A program made the position numbers and the translations under genes. From positions 1,088,001 to 1,152,000 of the forward strand of contig CBDANS010000006.1 of assembly GCA_965197745.1 (NCBI GenBank): a DNA stretch of 64,000 nucleotides, read 5' to 3'. The stretch comes from Opitutales bacterium (GTDB lineage: Bacteria > Verrucomicrobiota > Verrucomicrobiia > Opitutales > PNEW01). Within the stretch, counting starts at the first letter, position 1. Each line of letters starts with the position of its first letter. This document shows positions 42,957-53,049 of the stretch, piece by piece. The notes beneath the pieces were generated by a model. It was given only the letters and a program-made list of their open reading frames with translations. It was not told the origin of the DNA and did no database searches.

Positions 42957-44108
42957 GTGAACCCCGCTATGGGGAATATAGCTACGTACACAGAGGCCAT
43001 GGCCGCTTACATTCGTGAGGGTGAGCGCGAGGCCTACGCGCTTGGCAACCGCGGTCCCATCAGATTTAACGCCGATGGCACCTTGCGCAAAAATATCACT
43101 GACGCCTACTGGCGTTACGGTTTCTACGTTTTCGAAGGAGTCTTGAGCGCTGAAGAACTCAATGAATTGCGGTCAGATATAGAGCGTGTTTTTGACCGCG
43201 CCCCCTACACCAAAGATGTGTCGGTTGATGCCAAAGGCCGGCCCGCTCTTGGAACTGAGTTTGCCAAGCAGCCCATCAATTTTGCCAAGCCGTTGAGTGA
43301 CCCAGCGGGAGGCACCTCGAGAGGTCATGGCCGCTATCCGGCTAAGATGAGCGAGCCTATACCACCTGACGATGCACCCGACTATGTCATTTCCTCAATC
43401 TCCGGGAACCTGCAGCTTATGGACTCTTTCTTAAGGCTCTACGGCCACCCGCAACTGCTCTCGATTACGGAGCTGATCAATGGCCCTGACTTCACCCCCT
43501 TTGCTGAGTCCATTATCGTCAAACCGGCGGGCCTCGGGGCCACTGTGGCCTGGCATCAGGATGGGACCCAACAGTGGAACTGCCCGGACTGGGACGAGGG
43601 GACTCATGGATTCAATTTCATGGCCCAGTTATTCGGCAGTACCGCGGCTAACGGAGTATGGGTGTTGCCCGGTTCACACAAACAGGGTAAAATCGACATC
43701 GTCGCGATGATCGAGGCCAACAACGGCTCTGATCGTCTGCCCGGCGCGGTTCCGATGGTCTGCGAGCCGGGTGACATAGTCATGTCCAACCGTCAGGCCT
43801 TACATGGGTCTTTCGCCAACACCTCGCCGGACAAGCGGGTGACAATCAACTTCGGGTTTCACCGTCGCAAATCCGTGCTCGGGGTGCGAATGATGTTAAA
43901 TGACTCGCCGGTGATCTACGACGAAGAGCGCATATACGAAAGGTCCCGGTTGATTGCCCTGGCCATAGACGCCAGGCAACAGAGCTTCCCTCACGAACCG
44001 CGATACGTTTACCAGCCCCTGGCAGGGGAGGAGGTGGCCAGCCGGTGGAACGAAACAACGAGGGAAAGTATTCTCAAAGATTACAATACCAGGGACCTCA
44101 GCATTTGA
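42957..44108 (+). CDS. PhyH-family dioxygenase (long form)
   Basis: WHQD, NGVWVLPGSH, LHGSFANTS..RV. Confidence 0.9.
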   Translation: MNPAMGNIATYTEAMAAYIREGEREAYALGNRGPIRFNADGTLRKNITDAYWRYGFYVFEGVLSAEELNELRSDIERVFDRAPYTKDVSVDAKGRPALGTEFAKQPINFAKPLSDPAGGTSRGHGRYPAKMSEPIPPDDAPDYVISSISGNLQLMDSFLRLYGHPQLLSITELINGPDFTPFAESIIVKPAGLGATVAWHQDGTQQWNCPDWDEGTHGFNFMAQLFGSTAANGVWVLPGSHKQGKIDIVAMIEANNGSDRLPGAVPMVCEPGDIVMSNRQALHGSFANTSPDKRVTINFGFHRRKSVLGVRMMLNDSPVIYDEERIYERSRLIALAIDARQQSFPHEPRYVYQPLAGEEVASRWNETTRESILKDYNTRDLSI

Positions 44109-44179
44109 GACAGTGTCGTAATCAGTGCAGACGGGTCTTAACAAAGTGAAACCGGTTCACCCTCTGCGCCGGGAAATGC

Positions 44180-44971
44180 TCAGCTACCTGTATAAAGCAG
44201 TGGCAGGTGCTCGTCATCATCGAGCAAATCGCCAAATTGTAAACGCGCAGCGTACTCCGGGGGCAGGGCGCAGGCGTGGCCGTTGTATGTCGACCCTGTA
44301 GGCATAAAGAGCATGGCAAAGGCCCGCCGTGGCCTCGGGGTCATGTTGGGACCTGCGGCGTGTGCAATCATACCGCTGATAAATATCCCGTCGCCGGCTT
44401 TCACCTCGGCATACTTCGGATCGGTTTCCTTCCAACCGGGGTAGAGGTTAAATAGATCGCTCATGTTCTCATTGAGACCCACCGATTCCTCAAACTTACT
44501 CAACTTGTGGGTACCCGGTAGAAAGCAGAGACAGCCATTCTGCAGAGTAGAATCGTCGAGCGCAATCCAGAGTGAAATCGACTGACGCGTGTAGTAGGGG
44601 TCGTAGGGATTATCCGAATGCCAGTGGGTTGGATTGGCCCAGGGTTGTTTTATCAGGGCGTGATCATGGTAGAGGCGCATGCCATCGGTACCAGCAAGCT
44701 CAGCGGCCATCTTGCCAAGGCGTTGATCGAGGACCAGATCTTTGATCGTCTCAGAGCTTTTCCACATGTTCACGCATTGGACAAAGACGTTCTTGTAGTA
44801 GTTTTCTTCCTTCTGATTGTTGTGCATCTCCTTACTTATGTGTAGGGAGATACCCTCTTCCACGGCTACGCGCCATCGCTCCAATTCATCATGGGAGAGC
44901 AAATCTTTTACGACCACATAGCCAACATCATGATAGGTCTCAAGGTGTGCTTTGGAGATTGTGTCGTTCAT
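44180..44971 (-). CDS. PhyH-family dioxygenase
   Basis: WHSD, NGCLCFLPGTH, AHAAGPN..PRRA. Confidence 0.92.
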   Translation of the reverse strand: MNDTISKAHLETYHDVGYVVVKDLLSHDELERWRVAVEEGISLHISKEMHNNQKEENYYKNVFVQCVNMWKSSETIKDLVLDQRLGKMAAELAGTDGMRLYHDHALIKQPWANPTHWHSDNPYDPYYTRQSISLWIALDDSTLQNGCLCFLPGTHKLSKFEESVGLNENMSDLFNLYPGWKETDPKYAEVKAGDGIFISGMIAHAAGPNMTPRPRRAFAMLFMPTGSTYNGHACALPPEYAARLQFGDLLDDDEHLPLLYTGS

Positions 44972-45192
44972 AGCTTATAGCTTGTCATCATGGGTCTACC
45001 CCATAAGAGGATCATTTTCAAGAAATGGTTACCGGGAAAACAGATAACCTTAATAATAGAAATAAGTCCTTGTTACATTGATATATCATAAATGAACTCC
45101 ATCATATATTTTTGTTAGTATTAATTGTGTTGACCCCTATAACTCGGCTTCGATTGATTGATAATGGTAGCAGTGGTTAAGAGAAGAACACT

Positions 45193-46020
45193 ATGAATAA
45201 AACGGAAGCTTACGAATTTGACCGGACGGGTTACCTTGTCATTCCCGGTTTATTGTCACCCGATGCGGTATCTCAATTGACAGAGGCGGTTGATCGACTG
45301 GTAGAACACGCCCTGGAACACAAAGATAAGCCACCACGTTTGACGGCTCCATGGGGCTCGGAATACCATGTTAATAAGTCTTGTGGTTATCATGTCCATG
45401 CTTCTGAAAAGTCAGGCGGGCTCACTTTGTTGATCGAAGACTTTTTTAACTTTGACCCTGCATTCGATCTATTGGTTAACGAGCCGAAGACGATGACCTA
45501 TATCAACGCGATTGTGCAAGAAAGGCCTTCCATCAATAATTCTGAGTTACGCGTTCGCTATACGGGTAATTACTCGGGAACTCATATGGGTGGACCCTTA
45601 CCGAATAAATATCGTTATACCTACAATGAGAGTGGCATCGATTGCATGATGGTGCGCATGGTTTACTTTGTCCACGATGTCACAGCGGAAGAAGGCGCAT
45701 TCTGCGTGGTCCCGGGAACACATAAATCCCACCTGTCATCACCGTACGAAAACAGGCCCCCCGAAGAAGAACCGGGAATGATCACCCTTCCCGTTAAGGC
45801 GGGCGATGGGATTCTCTTCACCGAAAATTTACGCCATGCAGGTTTCATTAATCACAGTGAACAAACACGTAAGACCCTGCACGTCGGTTACGGACCCTTT
45901 TGGCTGAAATCACAAAATATCGCTACTATGGAGCAAGATCCTTACATTTTGCCGCTGACAAAAGACCGTTACGATGAGGCTCAACGGGAATTATTTTATA
46001 CAAGACCAATTAAAAATTAG
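45193..46020 (+). CDS. PhyH-family Fe/2OG enzyme with HxG in place of HxD
   Basis: FDRTGYL, THMGG, GAFCVVPGTHKS, AGDGILF..LRHAG..RK. Confidence 0.85.
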   Translation: MNKTEAYEFDRTGYLVIPGLLSPDAVSQLTEAVDRLVEHALEHKDKPPRLTAPWGSEYHVNKSCGYHVHASEKSGGLTLLIEDFFNFDPAFDLLVNEPKTMTYINAIVQERPSINNSELRVRYTGNYSGTHMGGPLPNKYRYTYNESGIDCMMVRMVYFVHDVTAEEGAFCVVPGTHKSHLSSPYENRPPEEEPGMITLPVKAGDGILFTENLRHAGFINHSEQTRKTLHVGYGPFWLKSQNIATMEQDPYILPLTKDRYDEAQRELFYTRPIKN

Positions 46021-46092
46021 ATTTAAGACATGATGTTATCGTCCCGTCTTCTGCTTGGGCTTAGCCCGCTATTGCTGTAAGACGGGGTGGGA

Positions 46093-47871
46093 TTATACTC
46101 GCATCCGATAGAATTTCTCCAGGCCTTCTCGTGAAAGATAGTGGGGGGCGCTGACGAGGAACAAACCCTTATCGCGGTGTCGGTTAACAATTCTCATAAT
46201 CGACTCGATCCCACGCCTGATCACCTTGCGGTTCCCGTCCCGCTGATACTGCTGCAATTCCAGGTGCTTGTCCAGCACCTGTGTAGCTACTCCCAGTCGC
46301 TTCAACATCTCGAGACAGGTTCGGTTGCCCCGGCATGCCCGCTGCGATTGTCGCAGCAATGCAGCGCAAGATTGGAGCTGCCTTCGACCCTGTTCAACCT
46401 CTGGTGGATCCGGAGCGACATCGAAAAGCCGGGTGCCGCGGGTGGTTATCTTCGATAGGGTCCAGAACCAGTTGCTCATGGCGTCGGCAGCCGCTCCAAA
46501 GCGCATCTCGCAGTAGTCCTGTACAAGAGCGTTGATGTCCTGAGCTGTGTCGGCTGCCAGTTGCGCGTGCAGGTAGTGCTGCAGTTCATAAGTCAGCCAG
46601 TCACCCGGTTCACTGTACATGCCGATGCCCGCCACACCCCGGTCACGCAGGTAGGACATCTCGGACCACATCAGGCCGGGGAATACAACCGGCTTCGACA
46701 TCCAAAAATACTTGCGGTAGTAGGAGTAGAGTGAAACCGGTCCGTCATGATTCTGGATCCACTGGCTTAACTCTTTGAGATGAGAAGCATTGTGCTTAGT
46801 GGTCGGGTCGAAAATCGGTTCCCGGTATGATTGGTAGAACGGAGCGACATCGACCAAAACATCGGATGGTATCCGCATGTTCTCCGGGTAGTTGGCATGG
46901 TTGTGATAAGCCGTGGTCGAGAGTATGATATTCAGTTTCTGGCGTCTCAACGCTCGCCATACAGCCAGAGTCACCAGGGCCTGGCGCTCTGACGGTGAAC
47001 CCTGGAGACGCGAAGCAGCGTCCTCGCTCCATAGAGTGCCATCCGGCGGCAACAGGGAGAATATTTCAACTTCCGGATGTTCCCGCAGCCAGGCCATGAC
47101 GCGAGTCACGAATATACGCATCGCTGCCGGGTTGGCGGTGTTGAACACCGCGTGCGGATCCCTGCTACGTTTACCATCCAGTAATGCAAACCAGTCCGGG
47201 TGTTTGTCATAGAACATCTCGTGATGCAGGAAATTCTCGTAGCCGTGTCCGCCGACTTCAATGACCAGACCTCTTTTTTGAGCTTCGGGGGTGAGCTTCT
47301 CACGCACGTCTTCCCAGCAAAACCGGTTCTCATGCTGGTAGTTCAGCGGCGCGCTGAGAACATTTAGACGGTTCTTCGCCATCCACTCGATCAGGGCGAC
47401 GGTATTTGAAAGGGTATGTGTCTGAGCCTCTTCAATCAGTTTCTTGCGGTAGATAAAAGTTGGTGTCCAACTCCGCTTACCTACTGCTGGTTCGAACTGC
47501 TTGAGCCTTGGGACATGCTCGTGACCGATACCGCGGTAGAACTTGTAACGGGGAGCGAACCAGCGGCAGCCCAGCTCCTCGAGGAATCCGTAGACCGCGT
47601 AAACCGCGGCCCGTGGCGTCCGTCCCCGCAAGCGCACCCGATCTTCTCCTACAATGATCTCGAACGCGTCGTCTTCTCGCGCGATTGGAACCTGTCGCCG
47701 CGGCCGACGTCGGACCTCGACCGAAATCTCCCTCGCCGCGGAATCTGTGGTTCGCTGGACGCGCACTTCGTGGCGATAAATTTGTTTAAGATATTTAGCG
47801 AGTTCCCCCGCTGCAAACTGTTCGGGAGTTGATGCCTTCGGTGCCAGGCGAATTCTTGTGGGGAACTTCAT
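46093..47871 (-). CDS. DUF4838-like putative glycan-active protein
   Basis: AAGELAKYL, AVYGFLEELGCRWFAP and HPDWFAL..GKR motifs. Confidence 0.65.
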   Translation of the reverse strand: MKFPTRIRLAPKASTPEQFAAGELAKYLKQIYRHEVRVQRTTDSAAREISVEVRRRPRRQVPIAREDDAFEIIVGEDRVRLRGRTPRAAVYAVYGFLEELGCRWFAPRYKFYRGIGHEHVPRLKQFEPAVGKRSWTPTFIYRKKLIEEAQTHTLSNTVALIEWMAKNRLNVLSAPLNYQHENRFCWEDVREKLTPEAQKRGLVIEVGGHGYENFLHHEMFYDKHPDWFALLDGKRSRDPHAVFNTANPAAMRIFVTRVMAWLREHPEVEIFSLLPPDGTLWSEDAASRLQGSPSERQALVTLAVWRALRRQKLNIILSTTAYHNHANYPENMRIPSDVLVDVAPFYQSYREPIFDPTTKHNASHLKELSQWIQNHDGPVSLYSYYRKYFWMSKPVVFPGLMWSEMSYLRDRGVAGIGMYSEPGDWLTYELQHYLHAQLAADTAQDINALVQDYCEMRFGAAADAMSNWFWTLSKITTRGTRLFDVAPDPPEVEQGRRQLQSCAALLRQSQRACRGNRTCLEMLKRLGVATQVLDKHLELQQYQRDGNRKVIRRGIESIMRIVNRHRDKGLFLVSAPHYLSREGLEKFYRMRV

Positions 47872-47952
47872 GATCAATTTTCAGTGAACAGTGATCAGAG
47901 GGTATTCACCAGCATACCCCAGTGATGAATTTAAAAAATTTGAATCTCCTCT

Positions 47953-48169
47953 TGTCATTGCGAGGGAAGCTGCAAGCTGACCGTGGCAATCCAGGCGAGT
48001 AGTCATTGCGCATACGAATACCATTATCCGTTTAGATCTTTCCCATAAGAAATCGTCTCTTCAATTTAATTAATCGTTTAATTGAAAGTAAACCTTAACA
48101 CCCAGTGAGCGACATCACACAACAGATTTCCCCCTGGATTGCCGCGTCGCTACGCTCCTCGCAATGACA
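47953..48169. repeat. Palindromic MITE-like element
   Basis: 13-bp perfect terminal inverted repeat TGTCATTGCGAGG/CCTCGCAATGACA; degenerate GIY-YIG-like tail on the minus strand at 48024-48065. Confidence 0.85.
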
Positions 48170-48298
48170 TAGTGGGGTGGAGCGAGCGGTCCCCGCATGC
48201 TTCTTCAAACACGAAAATTCCAGATTGCTAACATTCTACTAAAACATCGGAACAAACCTGATCTCGGGGTATCGGGGTTTCTCCGTTCGATAGAATTT

Positions 48299-49402
48299 TT
48301 AAACGACCGCCACCGCTTTGTTCAACGCGGGCATCAGCTCGTTGGCAAACAGGTCGAGGTTGCGAAGCCAACTGGCCTTGTCGTCCCAGTCGAAGACCAT
48401 CAGTATGAGAGTGCCGAAGGGTCCGCTCTCCTCGATGAGCATTAGCAGCCGCCTGAGCACTTCATCCACGTCGCCGGCGATAATCTGCTCGGTCAACCAA
48501 AAGTCCAAGTTGCAGTCGGCATCCGACATCTCGAGGTCGCGTTTCAGGAAATTCCGCCCGGGCCCCATGTCCATAAGGCTGGCGAGGTACTGAAAGTTCT
48601 GCCCGACTGAATTGGTCCGGACGCGCTCGACCGCCTCCTCTGTCGTGTCGGCCAGGAAAATCTGTCGGGCTACTCTCCAGTTTGAGCGATCGGGATTGTG
48701 CCCTGCTTTGATGGCGGCGATTTCGTAGGTCGCCCAGTTGTCTGCGAGGACATTACCGGCAGCGAGAGCAGCGGAAAAGGGGGCGAAGCCGCGCTCCCCG
48801 GCTAACTGCAGGGTGTAGGACTTGCGATTTACTCCCGGCATGGCGATGGGCGGATGGGGCTGTTGTAGAGGTTTGTGTATGAAGCCGATCTGGGTTTCCT
48901 CGTCGACGTGTTCTTTGATTGAGAACTGCCAGAACTCGCCGTTGTGTTCGTAGGGCGGTTCTGATGACCACAGTTTAAGGATGACATCGAGCGCCTCTAC
49001 GGTCATCGCACCGCCCTGTTTCGGGTCCTGGCCGTAGAGTTCGTAATCTGTGATCACACCGCTGGGCCCGAAGCAGAGATTGAGCCGTCCTTTGGAAAGG
49101 TGGTCGAGAAAGGCGAGACGGGATGCCACGTAGGCCGGGTGATGTTGGTTGAGGCAGATCGGCGACGGACCGAGGCGTATGCGCTCGGTCTCACCCAGCA
49201 CACGACCGATAAAGACCTCGGGCACGACTATCGATTCGTACTTCATGGTGTGGTGTTCTCCGATCCAGAATTCTTCGAAGCCGAGCGCCTCAGCCCGGAC
49301 GACTAGCTCGATGTCCTCGTCGTAACACTGGGCCAGCGGTTTATCCGGTGGATGGAAAGGCATGATGAACATGCCGGATTTTATCGGTTGTCCGTTGGTC
49401 AT
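48299..49402 (-). CDS. LLM-class flavin-dependent monooxygenase
   Basis: FIMPFHPP, WIGEHH, LDHLSKGR and PLQQPHPP motifs. Confidence 0.9.
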   Translation of the reverse strand: MTNGQPIKSGMFIMPFHPPDKPLAQCYDEDIELVVRAEALGFEEFWIGEHHTMKYESIVVPEVFIGRVLGETERIRLGPSPICLNQHHPAYVASRLAFLDHLSKGRLNLCFGPSGVITDYELYGQDPKQGGAMTVEALDVILKLWSSEPPYEHNGEFWQFSIKEHVDEETQIGFIHKPLQQPHPPIAMPGVNRKSYTLQLAGERGFAPFSAALAAGNVLADNWATYEIAAIKAGHNPDRSNWRVARQIFLADTTEEAVERVRTNSVGQNFQYLASLMDMGPGRNFLKRDLEMSDADCNLDFWLTEQIIAGDVDEVLRRLLMLIEESGPFGTLILMVFDWDDKASWLRNLDLFANELMPALNKAVAVV

Positions 49403-49776
49403 TATGAAGTTCCCCTCCTAAATAATAAATGGCAAATTGGCGATGAACATACAGCTTAATAGAGTCTTGGCAAGAATTAGCCTCATGTGCTTGTAGTGAT
49501 GGTGTTAAACCGATTAGTTTCCTGATAAGAAAAAGGCGTAGATACCCGTTATAAAACAAAAATGAGGGGTAATAAAGTGGCTGTAAGCACGAGCTGTGCT
49601 GACGGAGTTAGTTCGAAGCCGCAGGGAAGAGAAATAAACGATAGAACATGAAGCATCGGGTAATCAGGAAATGAAGGATGAAACCAAATGAGAGGTTAAT
49701 TGGGTATTGATGTTTTATCCGTATATTATATGCCCTAGCATGGCATCGATAAAAATCAGAGTTAAGGAGTAACGCT

Positions 49777-50664
49777 ATGGCCATGGTGAATATAAACCAG
49801 ATTGAACCTCTCGTGGATAGGACAGATCTACTCGATCAACCTGAGGAATTGAGAAGGAGGGGTGAGGAGGACGGCCACCTGTATTTCGCCGGGTTACTGT
49901 CCCCGAGCAAGGTCAGTAATGTAAGATCGCAGATCCTTGCCGTCTGTGACAAGCACGGGTGGGTTAAGGAAGGATCAGATCACACCGAAGGCATGGCCAA
50001 TGCAGATATTCTTGTTGTAGAAGGTACAGATCAGAGGTGGATAGATTTCTACAATGATGTGCTGAAGGTTCGTGATTTTCATGACCTGGCCCTGGACAAA
50101 AACCTGATCCGTGTGTTTGAGGTCCTCTTTGGTGAGTCGGTTCTGCCTCACAGCCGGAATATCTGCCGTCTCGTTTTTCCCAACTCTGCGCTATACTCGA
50201 CCCCGCCTCACCAGGACAATTTTTATATCGGTGGGTCGACAGAAACGTGGACCGCGTGGGTTCCGTGCGGCGATTGCCCGGCAACCCTGGGAAGTCTGGC
50301 TGTTGCAAAAGCATCGCATCGGCAGGGTTTGCTGGAGGCTAGAAAAGCAACTGGTCCCGGGGAGCATCAGGTGCATGTGGAAGAGGAGCAAGTCTGGGTA
50401 GGAGGTGACTATGCCTGTGGGGATGTGATTATCCTGCACAGCATGACGATTCACCAGGGACGGGATAACATGAGTCAGGACCGGTTGCGGGTGTCGTGCG
50501 ACTATCGCTATCAACCGATGAGTCATCCAGTCAGAGAAGATTCCCTGACCCCCCATATGAATTGGCTGACTTGGGAGGACGTATATAAAGATTGGGACCC
50601 CGCTGATCCGGTGAAATACTATTGGCAGGAATGGGATCTGGAGATTGTGAAATTGCAACGCTAG
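49777..50664 (+). CDS. PhyH-family dioxygenase
   Basis: TPPHQD, TAWVPCGD, TIHQG..N..RVSCDYRYQ. Confidence 0.9.
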   Translation: MAMVNINQIEPLVDRTDLLDQPEELRRRGEEDGHLYFAGLLSPSKVSNVRSQILAVCDKHGWVKEGSDHTEGMANADILVVEGTDQRWIDFYNDVLKVRDFHDLALDKNLIRVFEVLFGESVLPHSRNICRLVFPNSALYSTPPHQDNFYIGGSTETWTAWVPCGDCPATLGSLAVAKASHRQGLLEARKATGPGEHQVHVEEEQVWVGGDYACGDVIILHSMTIHQGRDNMSQDRLRVSCDYRYQPMSHPVREDSLTPHMNWLTWEDVYKDWDPADPVKYYWQEWDLEIVKLQR

Positions 50665-50965
50665 GCAATGGTGAACTCAGTCGCTCCGCTGTAACTGCGA
50701 TGGCAGAAGAAGATTGTTTGAGGTTAATCGCCATGAATGATGCCAGGGTGTGTCTTCACTTTTTTCCGCCGTCTCCCTGAAATCTATAAATACACAGCCT
50801 GATCCTTTTTTGTTTTCTCGGATGTTATGTTTTCTACAACCCCATTCATTGGTAAGTTCAGCATGGGGGTTCACAAATACGCTTGAGCCAGTCGTTTCAA
50901 AGCATAGGGTAGGGTGTTGTTAAATGGGTAAACGCGGCCAAAGAAAACAGAAAAGCGAGGGGTAA

Positions 50966-51835
50966 ATGTCAGAAAGCAAAGTCTCAAGGTCAGAACCGTC
51001 TGCGCAACTTGAGCAGCTCCAACGCGAGGGATACTGCGTTCTTGAAAACATAGCCGATACCGCTCTTCTCGAGCGCACGCGTGCCTGTGTAGAGAAGGCA
51101 GTAGCCACGCAAGACCCCGAACGGCTCGCCCGCACACGCTCTCCGGGCACGCTCATAAATTCCAACGCTCATCCCGAGCTGGCGGGTATTGTCGGTAACC
51201 CGACAGCGCTGAAGGCACTCGACGAGATGGGGCTTCCTGGAAGTAAATTCTGGAAAGCGGTGATTATCAGCAAACCACCGGGCGGCCCTCGCCTTTACTG
51301 GCACCAGGATTGTATGATGTGGCAGGACCCGCGCGCCTACAGTGAGATCCCGCCAATGATCTTTTTAATGTACTACATGGAGAACACCACCCGAGAGAAC
51401 GGGTGCCTGCGGTTGCTGCCGGGCACACACCGGAGACGGCATCTTCTTCACGACATGGGCGAAGCCCATACCTATGATATCAACAGTATTGAGAACCCTG
51501 ATGACCCGCGCTTTCTCGATTATCCCAACGAGCAGGATGTGCCGATGCGCGCCGGCGATCTGGTTATCGGTGACGCGCGCATGTTCCACGCCACCCACGC
51601 CAATCGGTCCGACCAGCGCCGCACCGTGATCACTATCTGGTTTCACCCGCTGATGGACGACCTGCTGCCGGGCACCCAGAGCTGGATTCATGAGGAATTT
51701 CACAACAGACATGACGACTGGCCGGAAGCCGCGCTGGCGGAAATTGAACCGGTCATTCCCCGTTACTCCGGCAATTCAGCACCGATGAAATATAACCGTG
51801 TCCCGGATGAGCGGCTGTCGACGAATGGGCCCTAG
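50966..51835 (+). CDS. PhyH-family dioxygenase
   Basis: WHQD, NGCLRLLPGTH, FHATHAN..RR. Confidence 0.92.
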   Translation: MSESKVSRSEPSAQLEQLQREGYCVLENIADTALLERTRACVEKAVATQDPERLARTRSPGTLINSNAHPELAGIVGNPTALKALDEMGLPGSKFWKAVIISKPPGGPRLYWHQDCMMWQDPRAYSEIPPMIFLMYYMENTTRENGCLRLLPGTHRRRHLLHDMGEAHTYDINSIENPDDPRFLDYPNEQDVPMRAGDLVIGDARMFHATHANRSDQRRTVITIWFHPLMDDLLPGTQSWIHEEFHNRHDDWPEAALAEIEPVIPRYSGNSAPMKYNRVPDERLSTNGP

Positions 51836-52156
51836 CTCAATCTGATTTCAGCTTTTAATCCTGACTCGGACCCTCGGCGCTGTCGCCCCCAGCGACGGTA
51901 AGCTCAGCTAATCTGATTTTCATATTCTGGGCCTTTAATTTTGATATCCTCCTTCCTTAATTATCCCTGTCTGCCTTCAGTAAATCAGCGATGAGACTGC
52001 TACGTGTCTGGGGTTCATGCCGTGATGAAGGTATTACACATTATGTATAGAGGTGATCATTCTATGACTGTTATCATTTTTCAAAAACATAAAATTAGAA
52101 CGGGTTAGTATGCTCTATATATATCACATCCAATAACTTACTTAAATTTTATGAGA

Positions 52157-52173
52157 TTGGCATATTCTTTGCG
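52157..52173 (+). promoter_or_regulatory. Possible sigma54 promoter TTGGCATATTCTTTGCG
   Basis: GG-N10-GC spacing with TGGCA and TTGC boxes in an AT-rich intergenic region. Confidence 0.4.
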
Positions 52174-52391
52174 TATCACAATCGATTAAAAGTTAATCAA
52201 GGTAATGTTTTAAAAAACAAAAGGAGAATAGCCATGCATATTAGATACCCAACAATTAAGTTTGCCGACGCGAAAATGAACGATTGGGAGTAAAGGAATC
52301 TATCTCAGATAACAGGCAGTCCCAGGCAGTTATTTTGAGAGACCAATCATCAGCGCCAGGGGGATCCTTTTCCAGGTCGCGTGAATATACA

Positions 52392-52841
52392 ATGAGACTT
52401 GCTTCCACGTTCTTACTGGTCCCCTTGCTGATTTTATTTCAGATCATGTCAGCAGGATGTGCAACTGTAGTTCGTGGCACGAACACCATTATGGTTGTTG
52501 AATCTGACCCCCCGGGGGCATTAGTTGAGATGGTTTCCGATAAAGACGGAGTTAATTAGGAAAGCACAACTCCAGCTACTTTTAAGGTACCACGCAACCA
52601 CACCTACACGGTAACAATTGTGAAGGAAGGTTATGAACCGCTAGAAGTAGACGTCATTCATAAAATGTCAGATGGAGGGGCGGCTGGTTTTGCGGGCAAT
52701 ATCCTTTTAGGAGGCCCTGTTGGTGCCGTCGTGGATGCTGGATCAGGAGCCACCCAGGATCTGTTCCCTAATCCCATTAAGGTGGTCCTGGTGCCTGTCG
52801 GAGCAACGATTTCAGGATCACCTGCAGAGCGATCTGAATAG
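52392..52841 (+). pseudogene. PEGA-domain lipoprotein with an in-frame TAG
   Basis: Lipobox SAGC, VESDPPGA..TTPA..KEGYEP and a glycine-rich GNILLGGPVG..VD segment; stop at 52557-52559 with the frame preserved. Confidence 0.75.
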
Positions 52842-52859
52842 ACTTATAATCACAGGTGA

Positions 52860-52924
52860 AAAGGGGTCGGGCCTGGCATGGATGATGCTGTCCCGCGACT
52901 GCGGGACTCAGGCCTGACTCCTTT
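52860..52924. repeat. Hairpin formed by two inverted AAAGGRGTCRGGCCTG arms
   Basis: 14/16 match between the arms, with an inner TCCCGC/GCGGGA stem. Confidence 0.75.
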
Positions 52925-53049
52925 CTTTCTCGGCGGCGCTTGCGAGTCAGGGTAAAGCAATTGAAATAAATAGCTTTTTCTTTTGAGATTATTCTTCATA
53001 ACCTGACCGTATTTAAAGTAGCCTTAATGTTTGATTAGTTATTTAAAAA

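Noticed and set aside
36338..52559. Stop-codon reassignment explaining the in-frame stops
   Set aside because: The three internal stops are TAA, TGA and TAG once each, and all three codons terminate intact genes elsewhere in the window.
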